From an uncultured Opitutales bacterium (GTDB lineage Bacteria > Verrucomicrobiota > Verrucomicrobiia > Opitutales > T3Sed10-336), in the NCBI GenBank assembly GCA_964645585.1, contig CAZYAN010000010.1, positions 3,677-67,676 on the forward strand: a stretch of DNA of 64,000 nt. Direction: 5' to 3'. The position numbers were made by a program, and so were the translations under genes. Shown piece after piece: positions 36,192 to 45,802 of this stretch. The stretch's first letter is position 1. The number at the start of each line of letters is the position of its first letter. The notes beneath the pieces were generated by a model. It was not told where the DNA came from. It made no database searches and saw nothing but the letters and a program-made list of their open reading frames with translations.

Positions 36192-37940
36192 ATGACGACG
36201 CTCGATTACCTTGTTCTCTCCGTTTATATCGTCGGCGTCTTTGCGATCGGGGCAGTCTTCAGCGGGAAGAATCAGACATCCGAGGACATGTTCACCGCCG
36301 GCGGTCAATCGCCGTGGTGGGTTTCGGGGACGAGCGGATTCATGACGATGTTCTCCGCGGGAACCTTCGTCGTCTGGGGCGGAATCGCTTATCGACTCGG
36401 CGCGGTCGCGATCAGTATCAGTCTCTGTTACGGGATTGCCGCCTTGATCGTCGGATACCGGATCGCCGCCCGCTGGAAGGCGACTGGCGTCACTTCCGGC
36501 GCCGAGTTTATCCGCCTCCGATTCGGCAAGAACGCGCTCCGGTTTTTCACGTGGGCTGGGATCGTGTACAAGATGATCGGCACAAGCGTGTCGCTCTACG
36601 CGATCTCCCTGCTGCTTTGCACGCTGGCGCCGCTCCCGGAAGGCTTTCCGTTCCGCGACCCCGAGAGTGGAAACCTCGCTCTGACCTGGTCCGTTTTGCT
36701 CTTCGGCGGCGTGATCGTGCTCTACACGGTTGCCGGCGGACTCTGGGCGGTCCTGATGACCGATGTGCTGCAATTCATCGTGCTCGCGGTCGCGGTGACT
36801 CTTCTCGTTCCGCTCGCACTCGACCACGAAGCAGTCGGCGGTCTCAGCGGGTTCCTGCAAAACGCGCCGGATGGATTTTTCGCGCCGACAGCCGGAGAGT
36901 TCACGTGGTTCTTCCTGGCCGGATGGACCGCGATTCACGTCTTTATGATCGGAGCGGAATGGGCGTTTGTGCAGCGATTCGTCTGCGTCGGAAGCGAGCG
37001 TGACGCGAGGAAATCGGCTTGGCTTTTCGGCGTCCTCTACCTCATCAGTCCCGTGATCTGGATGCTGCCGCCCATGGCTTACCGCCTGATCAATCCAGAC
37101 GCTCCGCCGGAGGAAGCGTACATCCTCGCCTGCCGGGAAGTGCTCCCGGCAGGGATGCTCGGTCTCATGCTGGCGGCGATGCTGTCGGCGACGGCGTCAC
37201 TTGTCGATTCGCAGCTCAACGTCTTCTCCGGCGTCCTGACCCGGGACTTCTTCCGTCACTGGCGGAAAGGTATCGACGAACGCGCCCTTGCGCGGGCCGG
37301 ACGCGCGATCACCCTGCTTCTCGGGGCGATCGTCATTGCCCTTGCGCTTTTGGTTCCCCACGCCGGAGGAGCGACGAACATCACCTTGACGGTCGCGTCT
37401 CTGATGGTCGGTCCCCTGCTGGCCCCCACGCTCTGGGGCCTGTTATCGCCGCGTATCGGCGCGCGAGCGGTCTGGTGGACCGTTGGAATCACCTTTCCGG
37501 TTAGCTTAGCCGTAAAAGTCGGGCTTGGCGAAAACGGCTTCCTGGCATCGGCCCTTCCCCGTCTGGCGCTATGGGCGCAAACGAATGCCCGAATGACTGA
37601 CCTGCTCGTCGGTCTGGTTCTCCCGGTTGCGGTTCTCGCCTTTCATGAGTGGCGTTCCCGGTCCACCTCGCCCGGCTGGAAAGCGGTGGAAGCCCATCAG
37701 GCGCCGGAAACGAATGCCCGCCCCGAGTCCTTTCTCCTTCCCGCGCGAATGATCGGTATCAATACCGTCGGGCTGGCCCTGCTGCTTCTCGTGATCGGGC
37801 TGGCCCAAGAAAAAGTCTCCGCCCTGATTTTCGGTTCCGCGGTCCTCCTTCTTGCGATCGGCGGGGGCATTCTCCTCGCCGCCTCCCGCGCCGCCCGGCT
37901 TCGCGAAGAACCTGTCGTGTCCGCGAGGGTGTTGAAGTAG
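36192..37940 (+). CDS. Sodium:solute symporter family (SSF) transporter
   Basis: 582 aa, about 13-14 TM helices, SSF-like N-terminus (LDYLVLSVYIVGVFAIGAVFSG...TAGGQSPWWV). Confidence 0.85.
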   Translation: MTTLDYLVLSVYIVGVFAIGAVFSGKNQTSEDMFTAGGQSPWWVSGTSGFMTMFSAGTFVVWGGIAYRLGAVAISISLCYGIAALIVGYRIAARWKATGVTSGAEFIRLRFGKNALRFFTWAGIVYKMIGTSVSLYAISLLLCTLAPLPEGFPFRDPESGNLALTWSVLLFGGVIVLYTVAGGLWAVLMTDVLQFIVLAVAVTLLVPLALDHEAVGGLSGFLQNAPDGFFAPTAGEFTWFFLAGWTAIHVFMIGAEWAFVQRFVCVGSERDARKSAWLFGVLYLISPVIWMLPPMAYRLINPDAPPEEAYILACREVLPAGMLGLMLAAMLSATASLVDSQLNVFSGVLTRDFFRHWRKGIDERALARAGRAITLLLGAIVIALALLVPHAGGATNITLTVASLMVGPLLAPTLWGLLSPRIGARAVWWTVGITFPVSLAVKVGLGENGFLASALPRLALWAQTNARMTDLLVGLVLPVAVLAFHEWRSRSTSPGWKAVEAHQAPETNARPESFLLPARMIGINTVGLALLLLVIGLAQEKVSALIFGSAVLLLAIGGGILLAASRAARLREEPVVSARVLK

Positions 37941-38024
37941 TTTCGCAATTCAAGGGTGGCTGCGGCTCCCCGATCGAAAGGCAGTCGCGAAGTTTCAAAC
38001 GATGAAAAAATCCCCGAGGTGCGC

Positions 38025-39176
38025 TCAGTAAGAACGAAGCGGCAGAGGAGGCGCCTCGAATGTCACGCCTTTCCAGTCGGCGAGAATTTTTAGATACTGA
38101 TACGGATCCTGCCACGACGATGACGGCTCAACAACGGTCGACTCCGGCCACTCGTTGAAGCTTGTGACCATCACAAAATCCGCGGCGGCATCGCTGGCGG
38201 CGCGCAGATACGACCGCAGCGTTTCGCCGTCTCGACGCGGCATTTCGAATCGCTCCGGATTCCCTTCACGCAGGTTGTCGTGTCCTGGATGCACGGGCAG
38301 GAGCATCTTCTTCTTCGATTCATGGGCCTGCCGCACCACGTTTTGATAACGGCCGATGAGCTCGTCGTACCCGTATTCCCGGAAGATGCTGAACGTTCCG
38401 TAAAAAGAAAACGCCCGGATCTCACTCACCGCCAGCCACTCAGCGGGAACGCGCAAATTCCCGCCTTCATTGCTGATCGCGTCGACGATCCAATAGACCG
38501 GCCCAGTCCGCTCCTCCACATATTCGCGCAAGTCCCGAAACCTTTCTGGTGTCAAACTCGGGTTGAACGGCACTTGGTACAGGTAATACACCGGTTTCCC
38601 TTCGATGTGCAGGTAGGCGGGACTGTCCTTATAGCGACTCAGATACTTCACCGCCCACTGCTTGACCTCATTCCAGTTCGGCCGGAACTGCGCGGTCTCG
38701 TCGAGCAAGGCAACCTGGAAACCTTCCTCTTCGGCAATCGGCAAAACGACATCCTCAAAGGCGAATTCCGTCAAGCGCGGCACACGCTGCCAGTCACCCG
38801 GTCCCCACCAGTCGACCAGAAAAGCGTCGATGCCTGCCGCTTTTGCCAGCCGGATGTGCCAACGGACGATCTCCCGGTCGTCGCTGTCGTACAATCCCAC
38901 GAGCGGCCAGAAAACCGACGCGATCCGCGCAGGATCCAGGTGCTCCACCAATTCGCCCGATTCTCTGGCCTCCCGGTTCATGCGGTCCGCCACATCGTGC
39001 CGTACCCAGTGTGTCCATGTTTTGTGAGGACCGCTTCCAGTCGCGTACCATGTATAATAATTTGCAAGCAAAAGCGGACGGGGGCGTCCTTCCGACGCAT
39101 CGACCGCCGACGCGGAGACGCCTCCAAGAAGCACGAATCCAATTGCATGCAAAACAACGCAACCGAAGAAACGCAT
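38025..39176 (-). CDS. Secreted GH99-like glycoside hydrolase (endo-alpha-mannosidase-like fold), tentative
   Basis: ATG 39176 gives the signal peptide MRFFGCVVLHAIGFVLLGGVSASA. ANYYTWY, GLYDSDD, GIDAFLVDWWG and VTSFNEWPESTVVE resemble the GH99 blocks YY.WY / Y.S.D / ITSFNEWHEGTQIE as I remember them. Confidence 0.5.
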   Translation of the reverse strand: MRFFGCVVLHAIGFVLLGGVSASAVDASEGRPRPLLLANYYTWYATGSGPHKTWTHWVRHDVADRMNREARESGELVEHLDPARIASVFWPLVGLYDSDDREIVRWHIRLAKAAGIDAFLVDWWGPGDWQRVPRLTEFAFEDVVLPIAEEEGFQVALLDETAQFRPNWNEVKQWAVKYLSRYKDSPAYLHIEGKPVYYLYQVPFNPSLTPERFRDLREYVEERTGPVYWIVDAISNEGGNLRVPAEWLAVSEIRAFSFYGTFSIFREYGYDELIGRYQNVVRQAHESKKKMLLPVHPGHDNLREGNPERFEMPRRDGETLRSYLRAASDAAADFVMVTSFNEWPESTVVEPSSSWQDPYQYLKILADWKGVTFEAPPLPLRSY

Positions 39177-39417
39177 TGGTCCGATCGTGCCGCGGTTCAC
39201 GAAATCCGTCAATGGGCCGGTTTGGGCGGACTCGGGCTGCTGCTTCTGGCCACCCGTGCCGGGTCTCCACGGATGCGACTCGGGCGGAGAGGAGGTCGAC
39301 AGTGTGGCACCAAGTCTTCCAGTCAACCGTCATCCGGTTCTCGCGAGATCGACAGCGCTCTCCCGAAACTGCTTGTTTCTCGCGCTTCATTCCGGATGAT
39401 GCGGAGTCACACCAACG

Positions 39418-41205
39418 ATGCTGAAGCGTTTTCGACCATATTTGCACTACATGAAGGCAGTTCGGGTGCCATTCGCACTCGGCCTGCTCTTCGGCGTGCT
39501 TTACGGTGCCGCCTCCAGCCTCGGCTTGCCTCTCATCACGCGCCACATCGTTCCCCTCGTCACAGGCAGCGAACTCGGCGCCGGAGTCGGCTTCGCCCCG
39601 GGTCCGCCGCGCGGCCTCGCGCTGGCCGGGGTTCTCGCGCTGATTCCGCTCGTTTTTCTCCTCCGGGCGGTCGGCGGCTTTTTGAACGCCTACCTGATGG
39701 CCTACTCCGGCATGCACATTCTTGAACGGATGCGGGTCGACGCGTTCAGCAAACTGCAGCAACTGCCGCTGACGTTCTACTCGCAACACACGGTCGGCGA
39801 CCTGATGAGCCGCGTCATCGGCGACACCGCGCAACTGCAAACGGCGATCATTCATGTCGTCAACGATCTCATCAAACAGCCGGCGACGCTGATCGGCGCC
39901 GGTTTTACGCTCATCTATCTCGCCTTTCAGCAGCACGAGGTCGGTTTTTTTCTGATCGTTCTCGCGTCCGTTCCCGCCTGCATCCTGCCGATTCGCTTCA
40001 TCGGCAAACGTGTCCTCGCCAAGGCCAAGCGTGCCCAGGCCGAAGCCGGACAGATGAACGGCATTCTGAATGAAAATCTTTCCGCCGTCCGCGAGGTCCG
40101 GGCTTACAACCTCGAGGAACGCGAAATTTCCCGTTTCCGCGAGAGCTGCCGCCACTTCCTGAAAGTCAGCCTCAAGGTGGTCAAATACCAAAAAAGCCTC
40201 AACCCGGTCATCGAGGTCGTCTCGGCCCTCGGCCTCGTTGCCGCGGTTTTCATCGCGATCGACAAAGATATCAGCGAAGGCATCATCGCCGCCCTTCTCG
40301 TCGCCCTCTACATGGGTTATGAACCAGTCAAGAAGCTCGGCGCCATGAACAACAATATCCGGCGGGCCGAAGCCTCACTGGACCGGCTCGAATATGTGCT
40401 CAACCAGCCGGACACCGTTCCCGAACCGGAAAACCCGCAACCGTTCCCCCGTCCGGCCGGACAAATCCGCTTTGAGAACGTCGCGTTCAGCTACACCGGC
40501 GCACCCGTACTCCGCGATGTCAACGTCTCGATTGAACCGGGAGAGACAGTCGCCCTCGTCGGCCCGAGCGGCGCGGGGAAGTCGACTTTTGTCAACCTGA
40601 TCCCTCGCTTCTATGAAGTCGGATCCGGCGCCGTCCGAATCGATGGAACCGATGTCCGCGATGTCTCCAAACACGCGCTTCGCGAGCAGATCGCCGTCGT
40701 CTCCCAAGAGGCCGTTCTTTTTGCCGGGTCCATCGCAAACAACATCCGAGTCGGACGCCCGGACGCAACGGATGACGAGGTGATCGAGGCCGCCCGCATG
40801 GCCAACGCGCACGACTTTATCGAGTCGTTGCCCGATAAATACGACTCCGTCGTCGGCGAACGCGGTTCCCAATTGTCCGGCGGCCAGCGTCAGCGCATCT
40901 CGATTGCCCGGGCGTTTCTCAAAAACGCTCCGATCATCATTCTCGACGAGCCGACTTCCGCGCTCGACTCCGAAAGCGAGCATCATCTCCAGGCGGCCAT
41001 GGAAAAACTTTCCCGCGGGCGAACGGTCCTGATCGTCGCTCACCGCTTCAGCACGATTCGTCACGCCGACCGGATTCTCCTTTTTGACGAAGGGCGTATC
41101 GTGGATTCGGGTACACACGAAGAACTTTACGCGCAAAGCCCAATCTACCGAAATCTCTATGACAAACAGGCGATCGACGACGGGCGGCGGCCGCTCGCGC
41201 ATTGA
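39418..41205 (+). CDS. ABC exporter, fused permease/ATPase (MsbA-like lipid flippase family)
   Basis: 595 aa. Six N-terminal TM helices, Walker A GPSGAGKST, signature LSGGQRQRISIARA, Walker B IIILDEPTSALD. Confidence 0.9.
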   Translation: MLKRFRPYLHYMKAVRVPFALGLLFGVLYGAASSLGLPLITRHIVPLVTGSELGAGVGFAPGPPRGLALAGVLALIPLVFLLRAVGGFLNAYLMAYSGMHILERMRVDAFSKLQQLPLTFYSQHTVGDLMSRVIGDTAQLQTAIIHVVNDLIKQPATLIGAGFTLIYLAFQQHEVGFFLIVLASVPACILPIRFIGKRVLAKAKRAQAEAGQMNGILNENLSAVREVRAYNLEEREISRFRESCRHFLKVSLKVVKYQKSLNPVIEVVSALGLVAAVFIAIDKDISEGIIAALLVALYMGYEPVKKLGAMNNNIRRAEASLDRLEYVLNQPDTVPEPENPQPFPRPAGQIRFENVAFSYTGAPVLRDVNVSIEPGETVALVGPSGAGKSTFVNLIPRFYEVGSGAVRIDGTDVRDVSKHALREQIAVVSQEAVLFAGSIANNIRVGRPDATDDEVIEAARMANAHDFIESLPDKYDSVVGERGSQLSGGQRQRISIARAFLKNAPIIILDEPTSALDSESEHHLQAAMEKLSRGRTVLIVAHRFSTIRHADRILLFDEGRIVDSGTHEELYAQSPIYRNLYDKQAIDDGRRPLAH

Positions 41206-41292
41206 AGTGTTTGGGAACCTTCGGAAACCGTTTAAGCCGGCAATCCGCGGAACCGTCACCCCGCCCGGTCTCGGTCCAGCGTCTATGTCGTC

Positions 41293-42705
41293 GTGAGCCT
41301 CGTTCTGCTTCGTCTCCTCAGCCGTCTTTTGGCCGCCCTTCCCGAAGGCGCGATCCGGTGCGCTGCCTCCGCGGCGGGTGAGGTTTACTTTTTCATCGAC
41401 CGCAAACGCCGGCGAATCCTCCTGTCGAACCTGACACTTGCATTTCCTGAAAAAGACCGTCGCTGGATCCAATCAACAGCACGCGCGAGCGTCCGGCAGA
41501 TGTTTGAGTTCGGCCTGCTCGCGGCGGCGATGCCCGCGATGAGCGAGAAGCGACTCCAGACGATTTTCCGGATGGATTCGGCAACGCGCGAACAGCTTCA
41601 ATCGCGGGCCGACCAAAACCGGCCTCTACTTGTTGCCGCGCCTCACCTCGGCCCGCAGGAGGGTTTGTGCCTCCTGCCCTTGTTTCTCTCCAACCCGCCG
41701 CCGCTCGGGTCGATTTACCGCCCGCTCGACCACCGGGCGCTCGAAACGTTCATTCTGAATTCGCGGCAGCGCTTTGGTGTCACGCTCTTTTCCAGAAAGC
41801 GGGCGCTCCAGAGTTCAATTCGGATTTTGCGCCAGAACGGCTGGCTGGCGGTGTTTTTTGACCAGAACAGCGGGCGCAAAGGCGCGTTGCTGACCTTCTT
41901 TGACCGCGTCGCGTCCGTCACCGAATTGCCCGGAATGCTCGCTAGCCGTCACGAGGCCGATATTCTTTACCTGTACGCGGCCCGCCGGGCGTTCTGGCGC
42001 ATCGATCTTTGCGTCGAAGCCGGCCCGAGCGCGCCGGATCGCAACACGGCTGTCTTTGCAACCAACCAATGGCTGGAAAATCTCCTCCGCGAACGCGAAG
42101 AGCTGATCCCGGGATGGCTCTGGGCACACAATCGCTGGCGGCTCCACCGGCGGCCCCGCCTCTGCCTGGACGCCAAATCCCATCTCCTCGATGAACAGAA
42201 CCGTTACCTGAAACGCAAAGCACTCCCCCGACGAGAACCGTTTCTTATCCGTCTTCCCGATCGCCTCGACGAAGCCAAGCTTCTGTTGCCCCTGCTTCGG
42301 GCCCTGCGTCGGTCCCGTCCGGACGCGGCGCTGATTCTTCTTGGCCAGCCGGACGCGCTTCCGCTCTTCGAGGAATCGGGTCTTTGCGAACGTGCGATTC
42401 CCCTGCCCGCGAACGCCTGGCGGCGACTGCGGCTCGCCCGAGAGCTGCGCTGGATTTTTCCGACGTTTCACCTTCTCTTCAACGACCGGGCTTCGGTCGA
42501 TTTCGAGGCCTGGCTCACCGGAGCGGTCCATCGGCTCGGCATCGAAGGCAAGCGGCGCCGACGACTGCTGACCGCAACGTGGCGCCCCGAGCCCGCCGAC
42601 CGCGCGGCAGGCGATCTGTTATCGGTGTGGACAAAGTTTCTTGAGCATTTTCAGATGGATGGCAAAGACGGACACGAGGGGACGCAGGCTGACACGCACG
42701 GGTAA
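41293..42705 (+). CDS. LpxL/HtrB-type lipid A late acyltransferase fused to an N-terminal-half-only GT9 (heptosyltransferase-like) domain
   Basis: 470 aa. LpxL features: FFIDRKRRRILLSNLTLAFPEKD, the H-x4-E motif in APHLGPQE, and WLWAHNRWR. After that, FLIRLPDRLDEAKLLLPLLRALRRSRPDAALILLG..LARELRWIFPTFHLLFNDRASVDFEAWLTGAVHRLGIEG resembles the first Rossmann half of GT9 enzymes. Confidence 0.6.
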   Translation: MSLVLLRLLSRLLAALPEGAIRCAASAAGEVYFFIDRKRRRILLSNLTLAFPEKDRRWIQSTARASVRQMFEFGLLAAAMPAMSEKRLQTIFRMDSATREQLQSRADQNRPLLVAAPHLGPQEGLCLLPLFLSNPPPLGSIYRPLDHRALETFILNSRQRFGVTLFSRKRALQSSIRILRQNGWLAVFFDQNSGRKGALLTFFDRVASVTELPGMLASRHEADILYLYAARRAFWRIDLCVEAGPSAPDRNTAVFATNQWLENLLREREELIPGWLWAHNRWRLHRRPRLCLDAKSHLLDEQNRYLKRKALPRREPFLIRLPDRLDEAKLLLPLLRALRRSRPDAALILLGQPDALPLFEESGLCERAIPLPANAWRRLRLARELRWIFPTFHLLFNDRASVDFEAWLTGAVHRLGIEGKRRRRLLTATWRPEPADRAAGDLLSVWTKFLEHFQMDGKDGHEGTQADTHG

Positions 42706-42806
42706 TGACGAGCAGGGACGAAAGGATAGGAAAAGCGGACGGTTTCGTGTGAGTTCGCGCGTTATCGCATAGACTTCTTGTGCATTTTTTTTCATTTTTG
42801 AAAATT

Positions 42807-43718
42807 ATGCGCGTATTTGCCTTTCCCCTTTTTCTGCTTTTCGCCGCAGTTGGTTTTTTGCATTTTTCTGTCGTTTCGGCCGAACCGCTCGAGCTTCGAG
42901 CCGAACTTCTTGACGACCGGGTCCAAGTGCTCGTCGGCGACCAGCTTTTTACCGAGTATCAATTCGGCGACGACCTGAAGTATCCGCAATTTTATCCGGT
43001 GCAGGGCCCGCGCAGCGAAACAAGTGTGACCACCCGCCGGTCGGATCCGTACCCGCATCACTCCTCGCTGTTTTTCGGCTGTGATAAAGTCAACGGAGGC
43101 AACTACTGGCAAGAAGGTCTCGACCGGGGCCGGATCGTATCCAAAAATGTGCGACTGCTCCAAGCGGCCGGAACAGAAATTCTGATTCAACAGGAATGCC
43201 GCTGGGAGCGGCCCGGCGCGGAGCCCCCATTCCTCGATTCGAGAATCATCGCGATCCGCGCGCCATCGCCTGATCGCCGAATCATCGATTTTTCAATCAC
43301 ACTGGCTGCATTAACCGATGTCACCATCAAGAAAACCAACCACTCACTCTTCGCGGCGCGCATCGCCCCGGATCTCGCCGTCACGGCGGGCGGAAAACTG
43401 ATCAATGAGCACGGGCAGCAAGGCGAGAAAGCCAGCTTCGGGCAGCCGTCTGCCTGGATGGACGCGCGGGGAGAGCGCGAACAAGGCACCGAAGGACTCG
43501 CCATTTTTGTTCATCCCGACAATCCGTGGACACCGACGCCCTGGTTCACGCGGGATTACGGTTTCTTTTCACCGACTCCGTTCTACTGGATCGATGAATC
43601 GTTTCACATGACGGCCGGCGCGACCCTGCACCTTCGCTACCGCGTTCTGGTTCATGCGGATGATCCCTCCCCTGCCGACCTGCAAATCGTATTCGATTCC
43701 TGGACGAGTTCGAAGTAG
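42807..43718 (+). CDS. Secreted DUF6807 (formerly PmoA-like, PF14100) family protein
   Basis: Signal peptide MRVFAFPLFLLFAAVGFLHFSVVSA. LFTEYQF...YPQFYPVQGP...VTTRRSDPYPHHSSLFFGCDKVNGGNYWQE matches my memory of this family's signature. Confidence 0.6.
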   Translation: MRVFAFPLFLLFAAVGFLHFSVVSAEPLELRAELLDDRVQVLVGDQLFTEYQFGDDLKYPQFYPVQGPRSETSVTTRRSDPYPHHSSLFFGCDKVNGGNYWQEGLDRGRIVSKNVRLLQAAGTEILIQQECRWERPGAEPPFLDSRIIAIRAPSPDRRIIDFSITLAALTDVTIKKTNHSLFAARIAPDLAVTAGGKLINEHGQQGEKASFGQPSAWMDARGEREQGTEGLAIFVHPDNPWTPTPWFTRDYGFFSPTPFYWIDESFHMTAGATLHLRYRVLVHADDPSPADLQIVFDSWTSSK

Positions 43719-43927
43719 AATCTCGCCCCTGCGCCTGCCGGACCGAGGGACTTTTCTGACTTGAAGGCCGTCGCTGCGGAGGCTACACACAATCCCCTTA
43801 TGATCTTTCCTCCCCTTCGACCGACTGCCTCTTCCGCCTACCCGGTTCGATCAGGTTTTGTCCATAAACGGCTGACCGTGATCGAATACACCATCGCGAT
43901 CGCATCCCGCGAGGAAAGGAAGCGGCT

Positions 43928-45802
43928 GTGAACCTGCCATTGTTTTTCGCGGAAGCCGGAGTCCTTGCGGGCAACTTCACCTATATTGACTGGCTGGTTG
44001 TCATTGGCTACTTGGTCATTACGACCATCCTCGGCGGCATTCTTGCCGGGAAACAGCAGAATATTAAGGACTTCTTTCTCGGCGGACGAAAGCTGCCGTG
44101 GTACGCCGTGGCCGGCTCCAGCATAGCCACGGAAATTAGCGCGATCACATTTGTGAGCGTTCCCTTCGTCATCTTCCGGCCGGGCGGCAATTTCACCTAC
44201 CTGCAACTCGGCCTGATCGGAGGCCTTCTTGCCCGTATCGTCGTCGCCAAAGTTCTCGTTCCCGCGTACTACAAAAATGAGATTTACAGCCCGTACGACT
44301 ACATGGGGAATCAGCTCGGAAGTCGGGTCCGGGGAATGACGACCATGCTCTTCTCGCTCGGCGGTATGCTCGCCCAGTCGTCGCGTGTTTACCTGACAGG
44401 ACTCATTCTCGCCCTTGTCCTCCACGGGCCGCTCGGCCATCTGGAAGCCGCAACCGGAGTCCCGCTTCTGGTCTGGGCTATTGGCATTATCGGCATAGTG
44501 TCGATCGCCTGGACGCTCATGGGCGGCATCGCCACCGTCATTTGGACGGACGTCATCCTCTTTTTCGTTTTCACGGTCGGCGCGGTCGGTGCGATACTCA
44601 CGATTCTCTATGAAGTTGATGCCGGACTTTTTACGGTGGTGCAAACCGCTTGGGACGCGGGGAAATTCCAGCTTTGGGATTTTGATCCGAGCCCGGCGGT
44701 GGAGTTCACGGTCTGGACGGCCGCGATCGCAGCCACGTGGGGAAACATTGGCGCCTTCGGAACCGACCAGTTGATGGCGCAGCGCCTCTTCTGCTGCCGG
44801 AATGAGCGGGAGGCAAAAAAGGCGGTGATTGCCAGCTACGCAGGCACCTTGATCACGCTCCTGGTTCTCTTCGTCGGGGTTGGACTCTGGTACTATTATC
44901 AGCACGTCCCCCTCGAAGGAGAAGCTCTGGCACTCTACGAAGACCGCGGCGACCGGATTTTCCCGATTTTCATCCTCACTGTCGTTCCGACCGGCCTCAC
45001 CGGCCTGATCGTTGCCGGAATTTTCGCCGCGGCAATCTCCAGCCTCGATTCAATCCTCGCCGCCCTTTCCCAAACCAGCATGTCAGCCTTCTACCTGCCG
45101 CTTCGGGAAAAATTTCTTCTCAAACAGCGGAAAGCCTTGCCGCACAAGGGCGACCCTGCCAGCGGAGCGCATCCGGATGACAAAACGGCAGGCAACGCCG
45201 CCGAGGATCGGCGAACGGTTTTCGTTTCACGGATAATCGTCATCTTCTGGGGTGTCGTCTTGTCGGTTCTCGCAGCGGTCATGCATGTGGCCGCTGATTA
45301 TTTCGATCACCTCCTCGGCTTGGCGCTCGGGATGGCGGGCTTTGTCACCGGCGGACTGATGGCAGGATTTTTCCTCGGATTCTTCGCCAAGCGCCTGAAC
45401 ATTAATGGAACCGGATTTCTGTACGCCGCTCCGCTCGGAGTCCTGACCGTTCTGGCCGCGAGTCCCTTCAACGAACATGGCTGGACCACTTGGACCTGCA
45501 TTATCGGATCGCTCATTATCCTGGCCGTGTGGATCGTCAGCCGGGGTCGCCAAGCACTTTCCGCCAAAACAGCTATTCTCATTGGCGGCGTCGCGATCGT
45601 GATTCTCACGGCTCAGTTTGCCTATTCGACTTCAGTTGATCCGGAAACCGGCGAAACTCTTCGGCACACGGTTTCCTGGCCGTGGTACGCACCGATCGGC
45701 TCGACAATGACGTTTGTCTTCGGTTACTTGCTAGCGGGGCCGCGCGACTCGCGGTCGAGGGACAAATCCGAAGCGGAGCAGATCTATGTCGGGGAGAATT
45801 GA
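43928..45802 (+). CDS. Sodium:solute symporter family (SSF) transporter
   Basis: 624 aa (GTG start), about 14 TM helices, SSF N-terminal pattern (IDWLVVIGYLVITTILGGILAGKQQNIKDFFLGGRKLPWY). Confidence 0.85.
   Translation: MNLPLFFAEAGVLAGNFTYIDWLVVIGYLVITTILGGILAGKQQNIKDFFLGGRKLPWYAVAGSSIATEISAITFVSVPFVIFRPGGNFTYLQLGLIGGLLARIVVAKVLVPAYYKNEIYSPYDYMGNQLGSRVRGMTTMLFSLGGMLAQSSRVYLTGLILALVLHGPLGHLEAATGVPLLVWAIGIIGIVSIAWTLMGGIATVIWTDVILFFVFTVGAVGAILTILYEVDAGLFTVVQTAWDAGKFQLWDFDPSPAVEFTVWTAAIAATWGNIGAFGTDQLMAQRLFCCRNEREAKKAVIASYAGTLITLLVLFVGVGLWYYYQHVPLEGEALALYEDRGDRIFPIFILTVVPTGLTGLIVAGIFAAAISSLDSILAALSQTSMSAFYLPLREKFLLKQRKALPHKGDPASGAHPDDKTAGNAAEDRRTVFVSRIIVIFWGVVLSVLAAVMHVAADYFDHLLGLALGMAGFVTGGLMAGFFLGFFAKRLNINGTGFLYAAPLGVLTVLAASPFNEHGWTTWTCIIGSLIILAVWIVSRGRQALSAKTAILIGGVAIVILTAQFAYSTSVDPETGETLRHTVSWPWYAPIGSTMTFVFGYLLAGPRDSRSRDKSEAEQIYVGEN

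Noticed and set aside
35881-36195. An open frame continuing in-frame right after the TAG of the dehydratase gene and ending in an ATGA overlap with the symporter start. A similar 43-codon ORF (43800-43931) ends in a GTGA overlap with the second symporter.
   Set aside because: The peptides are not hydrophobic, so they are unlike the known small SSF subunits DUF485/DUF4212. They are unrelated to each other and compositionally biased. Open frames of this length are expected by chance at this GC content. Without conservation or ribosome-profiling data I cannot support them.
38280-40191. Two long overlapping ORFs (38280-39725 plus strand, 38794-40191 minus strand) crossing the GH99-like/MsbA-like divergent region
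   Set aside because: Both run through an intergenic promoter region and through genes with clear signatures in other frames. Their sequences are low-complexity and Arg-rich.
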